Source: Octopus sinensis
Taxonomy: Eukaryota
Direction: 5' to 3'
Length of the DNA: 64,000 nucleotides
Assembly: GCF_006345805.1 (NCBI RefSeq)
Contig: NC_043013.1
Coordinates: 47,678,001-47,742,000, forward strand
The position numbers were made by a program, and so were the translations under genes. The notes under the pieces were generated by a model, which was not told the DNA's origin, did not search any database, and worked only from the letters and a program-made list of their open reading frames with translations. Positions 41,797 through 53,127 of the stretch are shown in pieces. Numbering within the stretch: position 1 is the first letter of the stretch; each line of letters begins with the position of its first letter.

Positions 41797-42008
41797 GGTG
41801 GCGAGCTGGCAGAAATGTTAGCATGCCAGACGAATTTCTTGGCGGTATTTCGCCGCCCGGCGCTACGTTCTGAGTTCAAATTCAGCCGCGGTCGACTTTG
41901 CTTTCCATACTTTCCGGGTAGATAAATTAAGTACCAGTTCCGTATTGGGGATCAAAACGACTGGCCCCCTCCCCCAAAATTTCAAGCCTTATGCCTCGAG
42001 CAGAAAGG
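41797..42008 (+). mobile_element. SINE S1 head/body with an alternative tail, 13-bp TSD
   Basis: S1 5' part followed by ...CCCCCAAAATTTCAAGCCTTATGCCTCGAGCAGAAAGG; TSD ATTAATATTTGCC at 41779-41791 and 42009-42021. Confidence 0.8.
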
Positions 42009-42030
42009 ATTAATATTTGCCGATACAGGT

Positions 42031-42194
42031 ACAGGCGTAGTTGTGTGATTATAAGTTTATTTCCCAACGACACGGTTCCGGATTCAATCCAACTGCATGG
42101 CTCACTAAGCAAGTGTCTTGCCCAAAACCTATAGCCACGGCCTGAACAAAGCTTCGTGAGTGGATTTGATAGATGGAAATTGAAAGAAGCCTCT

Positions 42195-42277
<83 letters not shown>

Positions 42278-42470
42278 TGTGTGTGTTTGTCAACAACAGA
42301 TGTTGGTTTGTTTACGTCCCTGTAACTTAGCCGTTCAGCAAATAATACTGACAGAATGATTATCAGGCTCTACAAAAAATAAGTTCTGGGGTCGATTCGT
42401 TCGACTAAAATTCTTCAACGCATTGCCCCAGCTTGGCTGCAATGTAATGGTTGAATTAAGAAAAAGATGA
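42031..42470 (+). mobile_element. SINE S2, diverged copy
   Basis: tRNA-like head, (TG)n centre, decayed TGCCCCAGCTTGGCTGCA tail. Confidence 0.75.
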
Positions 42471-43584
42471 CAAAACGATTAAGTGTTTCGATTAGTAACT
42501 GGGTATGGAAAATACTGCAGTTTTTCTCTAGTCTGACTAATTAAACTTCTGATTTAAATACACACAGAAAAATTAATGAATTGCATCTATTGTCGTTTTC
42601 TTTTTTGTTCTTTCTTGTTATGTTTTCTCTTGTTTGTTTTGTTTTATATTTTACTCTACATAGATAAATACTATTAATTTATGGAGAGAAGTGGTAAACA
42701 AGCAGAAAAGGAGTCTGAATACAAATACTGAAACAAGGAGAATACTTAACTCGAACATTTGAATATTCATTGATTGATCAGGAAAATATATTATTCGATG
42801 CTGTTCAAACGAGCAATATCCTACACGAAGTTCAGTCGCCACAAATATTATTATAATAAATATTATTACAGCCATAAATAAAATTAAGTTAAATGTAACT
42901 TGAATTAAGAATTTAGATAAAAATTTATCAAGAAATAATAAATTTCGAAATTGTTTACAATATTCTTTAAATAACTTTCAAACAGTACTTTATGTATTTT
43001 TCAATAATCTTTATTTTTTTCAAAGTTGTATATTTTCTGATATGGAAGCAAACATTCTTCGTTAAGTTCTTTCATGGCGTTTTTAATGTCGTTTTCCAAC
43101 AGTCTTACGGAATGTACTATTTTGTAGAATCACCTTCAGTCGATCATTGCAAGAAATCTTTAATACTCTTTATTTTCCGAAATCTTTTAATCTAACGTTA
43201 TTTAGGCACTTTTTACTTGTTTGTTCTCATTTCGGAAGCATTTTATACAGTTTTCTGAGTTCAGAATTAGGTACCTTACTTACGGAACGAACAAACTCAT
43301 ACTTTCTCTGGTTCATGAACTGGATCTTGCGAAAAAGTCGAAACATAAAAGAAATCTGAATTAAAGAAATACCACTGGTAATACTTATCAGTGTATTTAT
43401 GCTTAAGTCGATGTTTACTTTTATTCCAGATATTTAGTGATTGGTGGTTTTACTCGTTGATGTTATTATTATTATTATTATCATCATTATCATCATCATC
43501 ATCATCAGCAGCAGCAGAAGAATATGACTAAGAACTTCGTGTGCTCGATCCCATTATCATCATCATTATCATCATCATTATCAT

Positions 43585-43660
43585 TCAGGTCACTGCCTGG
43601 AATCGAACTCAGTATATTGGGGTTAGTAGCCCGCGTTCTTAACCACTACGCCATATGCCC
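43585..43660 (-). other. tRNA-like (Pol III A/B box) cassette within the PLE pseudo-LTR; not a functional tRNA
   Basis: GGGCATATGGCGTAGTGGTTAAGAACGCGGGCTACTAACCCCAATATACTGAGTTCGATTCCAGGCAGTGACC: A box TGGCGTAGTGG, anticodon-like loop CTACTAA, B box GAGTTCGATTC; acceptor stem does not pair. Confidence 0.75.
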
Positions 43661-44176
43661 GTGGGCAATTATGGAGTGAATTTTAGGCCTCATAAATCTA
43701 ATATTCTCCTATCCTTTCTTCATAACCGAGTAAAACCATCAGCAGAAGAATATGACTAAGAACTGCGTGTGCTCGATCCCATGCAGCTGTGGTAGGCGAT
43801 ACAAAGGCGAAACACACCCCACTGAAAATAACGGTAGAAGAACATCGTTAAGCTCTGACACAGGGAGATATTGATAAATCGGGTTTAGCTGATCATGTAT
43901 GGAAAAATGGAGACCACCTCCCTCTGTGGGATGAAGTTAAAATAATAGACAGAGAACAGCACTGGAAAAACGAAAACCAAAAGAAGCAGCACATATGCTA
44001 GATCACAACCTCTTAATCAGACCAAGTGCAGATATGAGCAGCATATGGGAACTGGTATTAAGGAAGGGTAGGAGAATATTAGATTTATAAGCCCTAAAAT
44101 TTCACTCCATAATTGCCCACGGGCATATGGCGTAGTGGTTAAGAGCGCGGGCTACTAATCTCAAGATTGCGAGTGA

Positions 44177-44218
<42 letters not shown>

Positions 44219-44280
44219 CACCACCAACAATACTGGAAAAATACTTTATGAATGAGAACCCAGGTTCGAATTTTCCCCAA

Positions 44281-44325
44281 GACACCTGATGAAGGCTGGA
44301 GGGTATATCAGCCGAAACTTTGTGT
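44281..44325 (+). ncRNA. Hammerhead motif of the PLE pseudo-LTR (stem III mutated in this copy)
   Basis: ACAC-CTGATGA-A-GGCTG-GAGGGTATAT-CAGCC-GAAAC-TTT-GTGT; the sister copy near 23760 retains GAAACGT. Confidence 0.7.
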
Positions 44326-44414
44326 TAACAACAAACAAGATGAGGACAAATATCCATCAAATGTAAATAACGTAAATAATCTACATAATTCCTCATCTCT
44401 TAAATATAGAACTG

Positions 44415-44620
44415 TACTTTATTTCATGTTGCTCCAGTCCACTCAGCAGGCAAAAGTGAGTAGTGCCCGTATTTCAATGACCACTGAATTTTCCTGAGAA
44501 CTATGTTAATAGCACGCGTGCTTGTGGACTGCTCAGCCACTTGCACGTTAGTTTCACGAATGGTCATTCCGTTGATCGGATCAACTGGAACGCTCGTCGT
44601 TGTAACCGACGGAGTGCTTA
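44415..44620 (+). mobile_element. Decayed SINE body/tail fragment (fourth family)
   Basis: GC-richer segment ending GATCGGATCAACTGGAACGCTCGTCGTTGTAACCGACGGAGTGC, which I recall as an interspersed repeat tail; single copy here. Confidence 0.4.
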
Positions 44621-44860
44621 GGCTTCAGGTTTTTAGTTAGACGTTTTGTTTGCTGTTCTGGTTTGTCATTCTTGTTGATGTAGCTATACATGACGCTTGA
44701 TATTCCTTAGCACAATGCCAACTGTTAACTGTTTTTGCTTGCTATTCGCAGTGTTACTGTTCTTTTGTGTGTGTTACAGCTTAATTCATTATAGATTACT
44801 GGAACCAGATTCGTAACATTCCGATTATTGTGAGTCTAGAAACTATTACTGATTTTAAGT

Positions 44861-45270
44861 CTTTTATCTTTTACTTGCTTCAGCCATTTGACTGCGGTCA
44901 TACTGGAGCACTGCTTTGAAGCATTTCAGTCGAGCGAATCGACTAAGTTTAAGTCTAGTACTTATTCTATTGGTATTTTTGTCGAGCCGCTAAGTTATTG
45001 AAACGGAAACATAGGTTCCCCACCTAGACGGGACGCAGGTTCGTCGCAGGTGAGCTGCAAGATGCAGCAGGAAAGAGTGAGAGAAAGTTGTGGCGAAAGA
45101 GTCAGCAGAAGTTCGCCATTACCTTCTGCCGGAGCCGCGTGGAGCTTAGGTGTTTCGCTCATAAACACAGACATCACAGACATCACAGACATCGCCCGGT
45201 CTGTGATTCGAACCCGCGATCCTTCGACCGCGAGTCCGCTGCTCTAACCACTAGGCCATGTGCCTCCACA
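44861..45270 (-). mobile_element. Composite SINE: S3 head and body joined to an S2 3' tail
   Basis: Head GGCCTAGTGGTTAGAGC...GGGTTCGAATC; S3 body to ...GGGGAACCTATGTTT, then S2 tail ...TAACTTAGCGG...GCAGTGCTCCAGTATGACCGCAGTCAAATGGCTGAAGCAAGTAAAAG. Confidence 0.75.
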
Positions 45271-46079
45271 GGCAGTATGGTGATAACTATGGATCTGTTT
45301 CTTCTTTTATTACTAATCCTCATTAGTGTCTTGCAGCGAATGGTGATGCTTTCTCTCTATAACACAATAATATTCAAATAAACTACTGACATGATGACGA
45401 TGGAAAGGAAGAAGAGAATGATGCTGACACTGATACCTTCATAGATAAGCACCCAGAGACAAATGTGTTCAGAAGGTGGATATTTGATTCTTCGATACCC
45501 AGTATATAGACCTACGGTAATTGTTTTATCGAGCGATGAGAGATGAAGTGGACGTTAGAGATTTGAACTCAGAACGTAAAATAATGGAACAACATATCAT
45601 CTCACATCACCTAACCAGAACGAGTCAATTAGTAATTAAAAGAACCAGCGAAATCTTTCAAAATTTCTACTCTCGATTAAAAAAACAAAATCTTCGTCAT
45701 AACGATCCCAGTAAAATAACAAGACTCAGAACAAATCGTCATGCGCTAAATAACCAGCAATTTAACTTTCGTGGAAGAATAATATCTCAAAATAGAAATA
45801 AAACAAATTACACAGAACACATTAATGTAACTCCATTAACTCCCTAATATATATATATGCCAAATTATTCATTCTGTAGGCAGCATCTTAATTCGTACTC
45901 AGGCGCATATCGTTATTTGTGATACCTAACACATTGGAACAATGTCAGTACATGCAGTTACAAGTGCAGGGATCATCTGAGCACCAGTCCTTGTTTATGA
46001 GCAGCTTCAAACCCATTCAAACTTCACACACGAACAATCAAAAGGTTAACTCTATGTGTGTAAGTATATATATATATGT

Positions 46080-46910
46080 CTTGCAAACAACTTGCACATG
46101 CAAGTGCTACCAGTTAAAAGCTCCTTATATCGGAAGCCAGCAAGTGTATGGGGTCATCAGGAGAGAATGTGCGCCGTTTCGGCATCAATGCGCACCGGCC
46201 CCCCTCACTGATATGAGGCCCTGCTTGCTAGATCAGCTGGTTATGAAGAACTCAATATACTTCTAACCATCGCTCATCGTCTCTTTTTAACCAAATCCAG
46301 TGGCTAGCCTTCTCCACTGTAGATTGGATATCGGTCATGGTGGTATTGACTTTACGATGAGTTAGGCCTAACGATAACAACAGTCGTCTCACGCTGTGTC
46401 CTACAAACCCTCTACATCCGACTTCGATAGGAAAATGTTCCGCTTTCCAGCCTGCGTCTTCACATTCCTCGAGGAGGTTTTCATAACGGTTTAATTTTCG
46501 AGCTCGAGCGGTGTCCATATTATCTTCGTGAGGAACCGTTAGCTCGACTATATTTACAACTTTCTTTCTTTCACACCACATCAAAATAGCTGGTTTTTTC
46601 GAAACTGGGATGGGAAAGAAAACCTGGCACCCAGGTAAATCTGAAGTTACCTCTCAATAGCCGTTCCACTTTTCATTTTCTCAGGAAGTTTCTTGGTCTT
46701 CTTCTTGAAACGGATCTGCTGACCTGGTCGCAAGAAGGTAATGAACTCTCTTGATGGTACTTTTAACGATTTTTCCTCAGTGTTGTTGAGATGAATTTGG
46801 TTCTTTATAGCATTGAAGATAACCTTAAGGACCAAGTTGTGCCTCCATGTATACCTGTTCAATGCTAATGAACAGTTGGAAAGAATATGTTTTAGTGTAC
46901 CGACCTTTCC
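46080..46910 (-). mobile_element. 5'-truncated HERO-like non-LTR element (R2 group, restriction-like endonuclease)
   Basis: GTLKHILSNC...RYTWRHNLVL (CCHC finger remnant) and IVELTVPHED...RKLNRYENL...GW...FPIEVGCRGF...WIWLKRDD* (RLE C-terminus); both ends abut (TA)n. Confidence 0.85.
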
Positions 46911-47016
46911 ATATATATATATGTATATATATATACATTCAAAATGTGACCGCATGTGTACCGTTGGCGATTTTTTTTCGTTTGTCTTCCCTTCTTTGGA
47001 TCTTTCCTTTTCATAT

Positions 47017-47051
47017 GTTTCTGACGAAGAGTTCCGCTCGAAACGTTAAAC
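47017..47051 (+). ncRNA. Apparently intact minimal hammerhead ribozyme in a PLE pseudo-LTR remnant (~46935-47150)
   Basis: GTTT-CTGACGA-A-GAG-TTCCG-CTC-GAAAC-GTT-AAAC: all core nucleotides present, stem I GTTT/AAAC, palindromic AACGTT stem III. Confidence 0.75.
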
Positions 47052-47497
47052 CTTCATTCTTTCCGTCTTTCCTGAGCGTCCAATAACACTATACTTGTTC
47101 CACGTCCTCGCGTTGTTGTGTTTTCTCTTTGTGTTTTCATGTTTGGATTAACTATATATATATATGTATATATGTGTGTGTGTGTATGTATGTATGTATA
47201 TGTGTACATATCTATACACAGACATGTATAAGTACATACATATACATTTATCTGTGTGTATGCGTGTATCTACATACAAAGACACACACACACATACACC
47301 ACAAAAAAAACATCCACGACATCTGTAACGCTATGTGACTGCCGCATAAGCTCAAAATATGCGTCATAGTATCAGTATTATAGTTTCATATAAAGAAATT
47401 AGACCTAATAAAACATAGATATCACTGTGATAAAGTATTCAACGAAATACAATTTAATATTTACATGAATGTGAATTAATTCCCTGAAAACAGAACC

Positions 47498-47500
47498 ATC

Positions 47501-47574
<74 letters not shown>

Positions 47575-47595
47575 TGATGATAATAATGATAAGTA

Positions 47596-47654
<59 letters not shown>

Positions 47655-47655
47655 G
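47498..47655. repeat. Fold-back microsatellite (AAT)n...(ATT)n centred on AATGATA-AG-TATCATT
   Basis: Direct reading. Confidence 0.9.
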
Positions 47656-47786
47656 TAACGTGTTTCTTTTCTTTGTCACTATGATAAGAGATAAGGGAGA
47701 GAGAGAGAGACATAACAACAAATAATAACTATGCTTTAGTACTGCTGCATTTTGTGTGTTACAGTACTAAAAATGTAGTTCTTCTG

Positions 47787-47818
<32 letters not shown>

Positions 47819-47824
47819 ATATAT

Positions 47825-47868
<44 letters not shown>

Positions 47869-47888
47869 TACAACATATACGTACGTAA

Positions 47889-47949
<61 letters not shown>

Positions 47950-49940
47950 ATGAATGTATGTATATATAAAGGCTTAACAAATAGTGTTCTGATATATAAA
48001 AAACAACAAAATAATAATAAAGTAACCGTCCATATTGTGAGTTCCATCCTATTTTTATTTGTGTTTGTTATTTATTTCATACTATACTCTCTATTTATTT
48101 ATTTGATTTTTTAAATTTATTTATGTATTTATCGTTTGAACATCAATACTGAAATTTATGTCGTTGCTACAATAGAATTGCGTAGAATTTCTTCGAAGAG
48201 AAAAACTTGTACATTATACAATGTTTGGTTTTTAAATTCTTTAGAATAGTTTAAACTACTATTTTCCTATTTACTTTCTATTTACTTTTACGCGTTTTAT
48301 TTACCAATAGCTGGCATCATTTAATTAACGAAGAATTCCACAGACGAGAATTTAAATACTTTATGCCTTTTTGAAAATGTATAAATACATATGAACATAT
48401 TTCTAGATAAGTATACATATATACTTTATATACGTTATATATATATATATGCAACACGCACACATGTGCATGTGTGGTGGCTGTGTGCACATTTACTGAA
48501 ATATGATATTATATAAAACATTCTTTGTCACACATGAAATGGAATTATATAGGCATCTGTGTGTGTGTATGTATGTATATATGTATGTATGAATGTATGT
48601 ATTTATGTAAAAATCATAGATAGATAGATAGAGGCATATATTTATGTCTACATATACTTGCATGTACATATATATATACAGTCATGTAGATATAGCGACA
48701 TAGGCAGAGAGATTTTGATAAATATAGATAGTAATGTTATAGAGACACGTGTTTATAGAAATATATATTCATATATATGTCTCTGTGTTTGTAACGAAAT
48801 CGCAAAACATGTCTAAACATACACTTTATCTAGTGTGCATGTGTGTATATATATATAAATACATATATATACTTGTGCATGTATGTATGTGCGTGTCTAT
48901 ATGTATGTATGTATGTATGTATATGTGTTTGCGTTTAGAGCGTGTGTGAGAAAGGAGTGATAAAGAGAGACATAGAGTGTTTTGTGAAATAGATTTCAAA
49001 CGGGGAATGGAATTTTTAAGGAAAAACTTTACTTCAAAATTAACAATGATTCTTTGCTTTTCTCGTTACCATTCTTCCGTGATTCATCTGAATTTATCCT
49101 CCTTTTCAGATTGCCAAAATTTAAAAAAATATTTTGTATTAAATTAGTATTTATAATTGATATACAATTTATTATTGGAAGTTTGAAAAAGAAATAAAAA
49201 ATAAATAATATAACCAGATTAGGAATAAATTTTAATTTGAAATTTTTGTCAATGTTCTACATATATTTTTGCCTTCTATTATGGTTGCAGACAAAGTTGT
49301 TTATAACGATGAAACTCATCTCATGTTCATTGATATACTACAAGATATCAATTTTTTTGAATTGTTATTTTAGCATTTCTAAATAAATATATCTCTACAG
49401 AAGTGGTAATATACTGCAACCACATTTTACAATATTCAAAATGACATTTTGCTCTTGAGCTCACCTTTCACTGCTAGAATTTAGTGCAAGGGTTATAGTA
49501 TATGGGCTTTTATTTTAACCGATGTGAAGAAATTTATGCTATAACCTGTTAGCTTCCAAATAAACCAGTAGAATAAAGTTAAATAGATTTAAAAAATAGG
49601 TAAAAATAAAATGAGAAAAAAAACTAAATGCACTTGGGAATATTGCAGATTTTCTAATGAAAATTATGTTACAGTTTCTGTTGCATTGCTTTGCATATCC
49701 GGGCATCTAAAATTTCGCTTAATATCCTCTGCAACTTCGTAGAGAATAAATTATACAGAGAACTCAAAACCCTTGAAATATTGTCAAAAGTGGTTATTAT
49801 ATATCGACTTGTCCCCAAAATAACCGCGGTGGATGTTGAGAGATCATAACTCATCAGCTGAGTTGTAGCAGGATAGAGTACGTTAGAGAGTCGTAGCTGG
49901 ATAGAGTACATTAGTAGTGGACGGTATTATTTCCATACAA

Positions 49941-50173
49941 AAGGCGGTGAGCTGGCAGAAACGTTAGCACGCCGGGCGAAATGCGTAGCCGTATTTCATC
50001 TGTCGTTACGTTGTGAGTTCAAATTCCGCCGAGGTCGACTTTGCCTTTCATCCTTTCGGGGTCGATAAATTAAGTACCAGTTACGCACTGGGGTCGATGT
50101 AATCGACTTAATACCTATGTCTGTCCTTGTTTGTCCCCTCTGTGTTTAGGCCCTTGTGGGTAATAAAGAAATA
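49941..50173 (+). mobile_element. SINE S1, full copy with 14-bp TSD
   Basis: TSD GGTATTATTTCCAT at 49923-49936 and 50174-50187. Confidence 0.9.
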
Positions 50174-50449
50174 GGTATTATTTCCATTACAGTTGCTTCC
50201 ACTACAGAGGACAATTACTTACACTACAAGTACAAATCCATTTCTTGCCGATTAACTAATCATAACCCACAAACACTTACACACCACCCAGACTTGCACC
50301 GATTCCATATACATTGAAAGCAACCATTACTCGGACCATGCTAATATTGCTTATTTTAGTAGCAAAAAATATCAACCATTATTCAAATGGAGAAATATAT
50401 TGCACCTCACCCAACTTAAACAATAACAATGCACAACTAGGGGCTTTTG

Positions 50450-50800
50450 CCGTATCTCTAATCATAAACTTGTTTAAACATTAGTTATCTTTTCGAGCAA
50501 AAACACATCCTTAACATAGCAAGGATCGCATCCCAAAGACTGTACGATCTGTTCAAGGTTAGAAAGTTGTCCGACATCTAATAATTACTAAGATCCCACG
50601 AAACTCAGATAAGTTTTACAATGGAGTAATGGTCCTCATTTCAGATGCTACTGCTTCTACAAAAGCATGTATCTTAGACCATATCTAGAGAAAAGCCACT
50701 CGTCTTAAAAATCACTTGCAGCAATCTTCTGGTCTCCTGGTGCTCTAGCTTGTCTCTCAACCTTTTCTACCTCTAAAATAATGTCTCCAATTCGTCTCAG
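50450..50800 (+). mobile_element. Very decayed CR1/L2-group LINE RT C-terminal remnant
   Basis: KHILNIARIASQRLYDLFKVRK and LDHI*RKATRL resemble the HI....AS..L..L.R and LDRV..KA.RLI motifs. Confidence 0.4.
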
Positions 50801-52796
50801 TCTACTGATCTCATACATTTACTTAAGACACTGTCAATTCACTCATCTTTTCTCCTCTATGTTAAGTCTAGCCACCAGCGACCTTGCACTAACAGCTACA
50901 TCACTTCGCACTAACAACTACATCACCTCTTTGAGATTTCCTCTCTGCCCACATCTTTTCAGTACCTATTGACGTTCAAACAGTTTAAAGGAGCATTAAA
51001 GGTATCATGAAGTATGAAATTCATGAGCTGTGTTCCTCCATCTAGACGCAGACATAAATAAGAACATATTTTAAGAAAGCATTTAGTTAACGGCAGGTCT
51101 CGGAAAACGCAACATATTACAGAAAATTTATTGATGTTACAATGACCATCTTTGACGTATTGGGATCGAATACGTACAATGCCATATTTTTTACGACAGA
51201 TATCAGTCTACGTAATCGTCACCAGTACTTGACTGGTATTTTATTTGATCAAAACTGGAATGGTGAAAGGCAAAGCTGATATCATTAGAATTCGAACTTG
51301 ACACATAATGATATCTAACTATGGAATGAAGATATTTAATCCTGTATGTTCTTAGTTTGCAATTTACAGTTCTGTGTCATACATTTTCAAAGTCACAAAT
51401 ATATACTGAGAACGTATTACAAACTAAATTGTCCCCATTATACATCTGGTACTTTTCAGTTCGGATGGTGCAGTCCATTCAACAAGATTTTAATTCAGCA
51501 TCACCGCATTCGATATAGCTTCTTTTCTTTCTTATTCAAATCGATTTAACCAATTTTCAAAACTACTGTTCGCGAATAGCTAATACAGCTTCAATCGCAG
51601 TATATTGCGGTTACTGAAGAAGATTTTGGTTGTCTTAAACGGGTGGCGAAGACGATCGAAGCGGTAAAACACCTATAGCAATGCAGCCATTTCGATAGTT
51701 TGAGGGTTCAAATTTCACTGCAATCAAATGTTTTGTCTAAGTATTTGACAAGCAATTTATTGAATTAGTTAAATTAGTTAAATATTCTGCTATTCTACAA
51801 AAAGTAGGTATTATACCCAGTAAAATGGAATGTAAATAATTAACTCTAGTAGGTGTGTGGAAAAAAATTTCATTGCATACTCTTCAAATAAACTCCTGTT
51901 TTAGATACAGATTTATTATATAATGTTATTTCAGCATAAATTTCTGTAACGTAGTTTTTTTAATTATTTATGCTATTTAGCCAAATAATTAAATAACATT
52001 TCACTCTAAAGACCTGTCTGAAAGGGGACCATTTCAGATCAAATCTCTTTCCGTCAACGATTAGTAAACTGCTTTCACTTCATCTACTTCTGCCTTTCAT
52101 CGAAAGATTATACAGAAAACATCAAGAATTTCCTGAAGATTTGCCTGATAAGATGTTATAGACTTAATAATATTGCAGCTTTAAACAAAAAAAAAATCCT
52201 TCTTTGATGAATTGCTTTCACTTGACTTCAATGTTTTCCTTCAGTTTCAATAAAACAAATTTCTCTTTTGCCGGAAGTTTCTATTTTTACACTAATTTCT
52301 TACAATGGATCACTTTTTCGTAATGTCTTCCAAACCAGACGACAAAGAGGATCAGAAACCTAATATATCACGATATATATCATTGAAATATTTGACTGTG
52401 TTAGTTTTCAACATCTGAACTGTTGTTTGTGTAAAAGCTATATATCATGTGAACTAACAAATAAGAACGGCAGCCGTCAAGCAGCCTACAGATTACGTCG
52501 ACATTTTATCAAAATATATCAGTTTAATCATTTATGCTTGTTCTTTTTAATTTACTCGTTGTTTGTTCTTTAATCGGGCCCCTTTCCTTTCGATTTATCC
52601 TCTCATACTTTTCACCAGCATTCCTATATCTTAAATATTTGAAAGGTGCATTTATTCTTGGAACGGTGATGAGGCTGCGTGTGTCTGTATAAACAATCTC
52701 TGTAACAGACAAAAACATGTCTAAATACACACAGTCTCTTATGCATACATATATACACACACAAATCCATACAAAAGTACGGACAGATAAACAGAC

Positions 52797-52797
52797 T

Positions 52798-52892
<95 letters not shown>
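52797..52892. repeat. (TAGA)n microsatellite
   Basis: Direct reading. Confidence 0.95.
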
Positions 52893-53006
52893 GACACATT
52901 TTGCAGTTTTCTCGGGATAAAATTAGATGAGTCGAATAGTGCGTAATTGAATTATGATATTTGTTTCAAATTGGGATGGGTTCCCGGCATATGGCAATGA
53001 TATATA

Positions 53007-53063
<57 letters not shown>

Positions 53064-53088
53064 TTGCTATATGCCGGGAATCCATATA

Positions 53089-53127
<39 letters not shown>

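Larger units (their letters stand above)
43510..44415 (+). mobile_element. 5'-truncated Penelope-like element (GIY-YIG 3' part plus pseudo-LTR) preceded by an inverted partial pseudo-LTR
   Basis: 43739-44060 matches the GIY-YIG region of 23673-24230; 43585-43727 is an inverted copy of ~44050-44183; a 42-bp start segment is duplicated at 43512 and 43739; HHR at 44281-44325. Confidence 0.88.

Noticed and set aside
45200-45270. tRNA-like sequences (SINE heads here and elsewhere) as tRNA genes
   Set aside because: A and B boxes are present but acceptor and anticodon stems do not pair, and they continue into SINE bodies.
46149-46205. GAAAC...CTGATGA (minus) in the HERO 3' UTR as a permuted hammerhead
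   Set aside because: The helices needed to close the three-way junction could not be formed; local hairpins compete.
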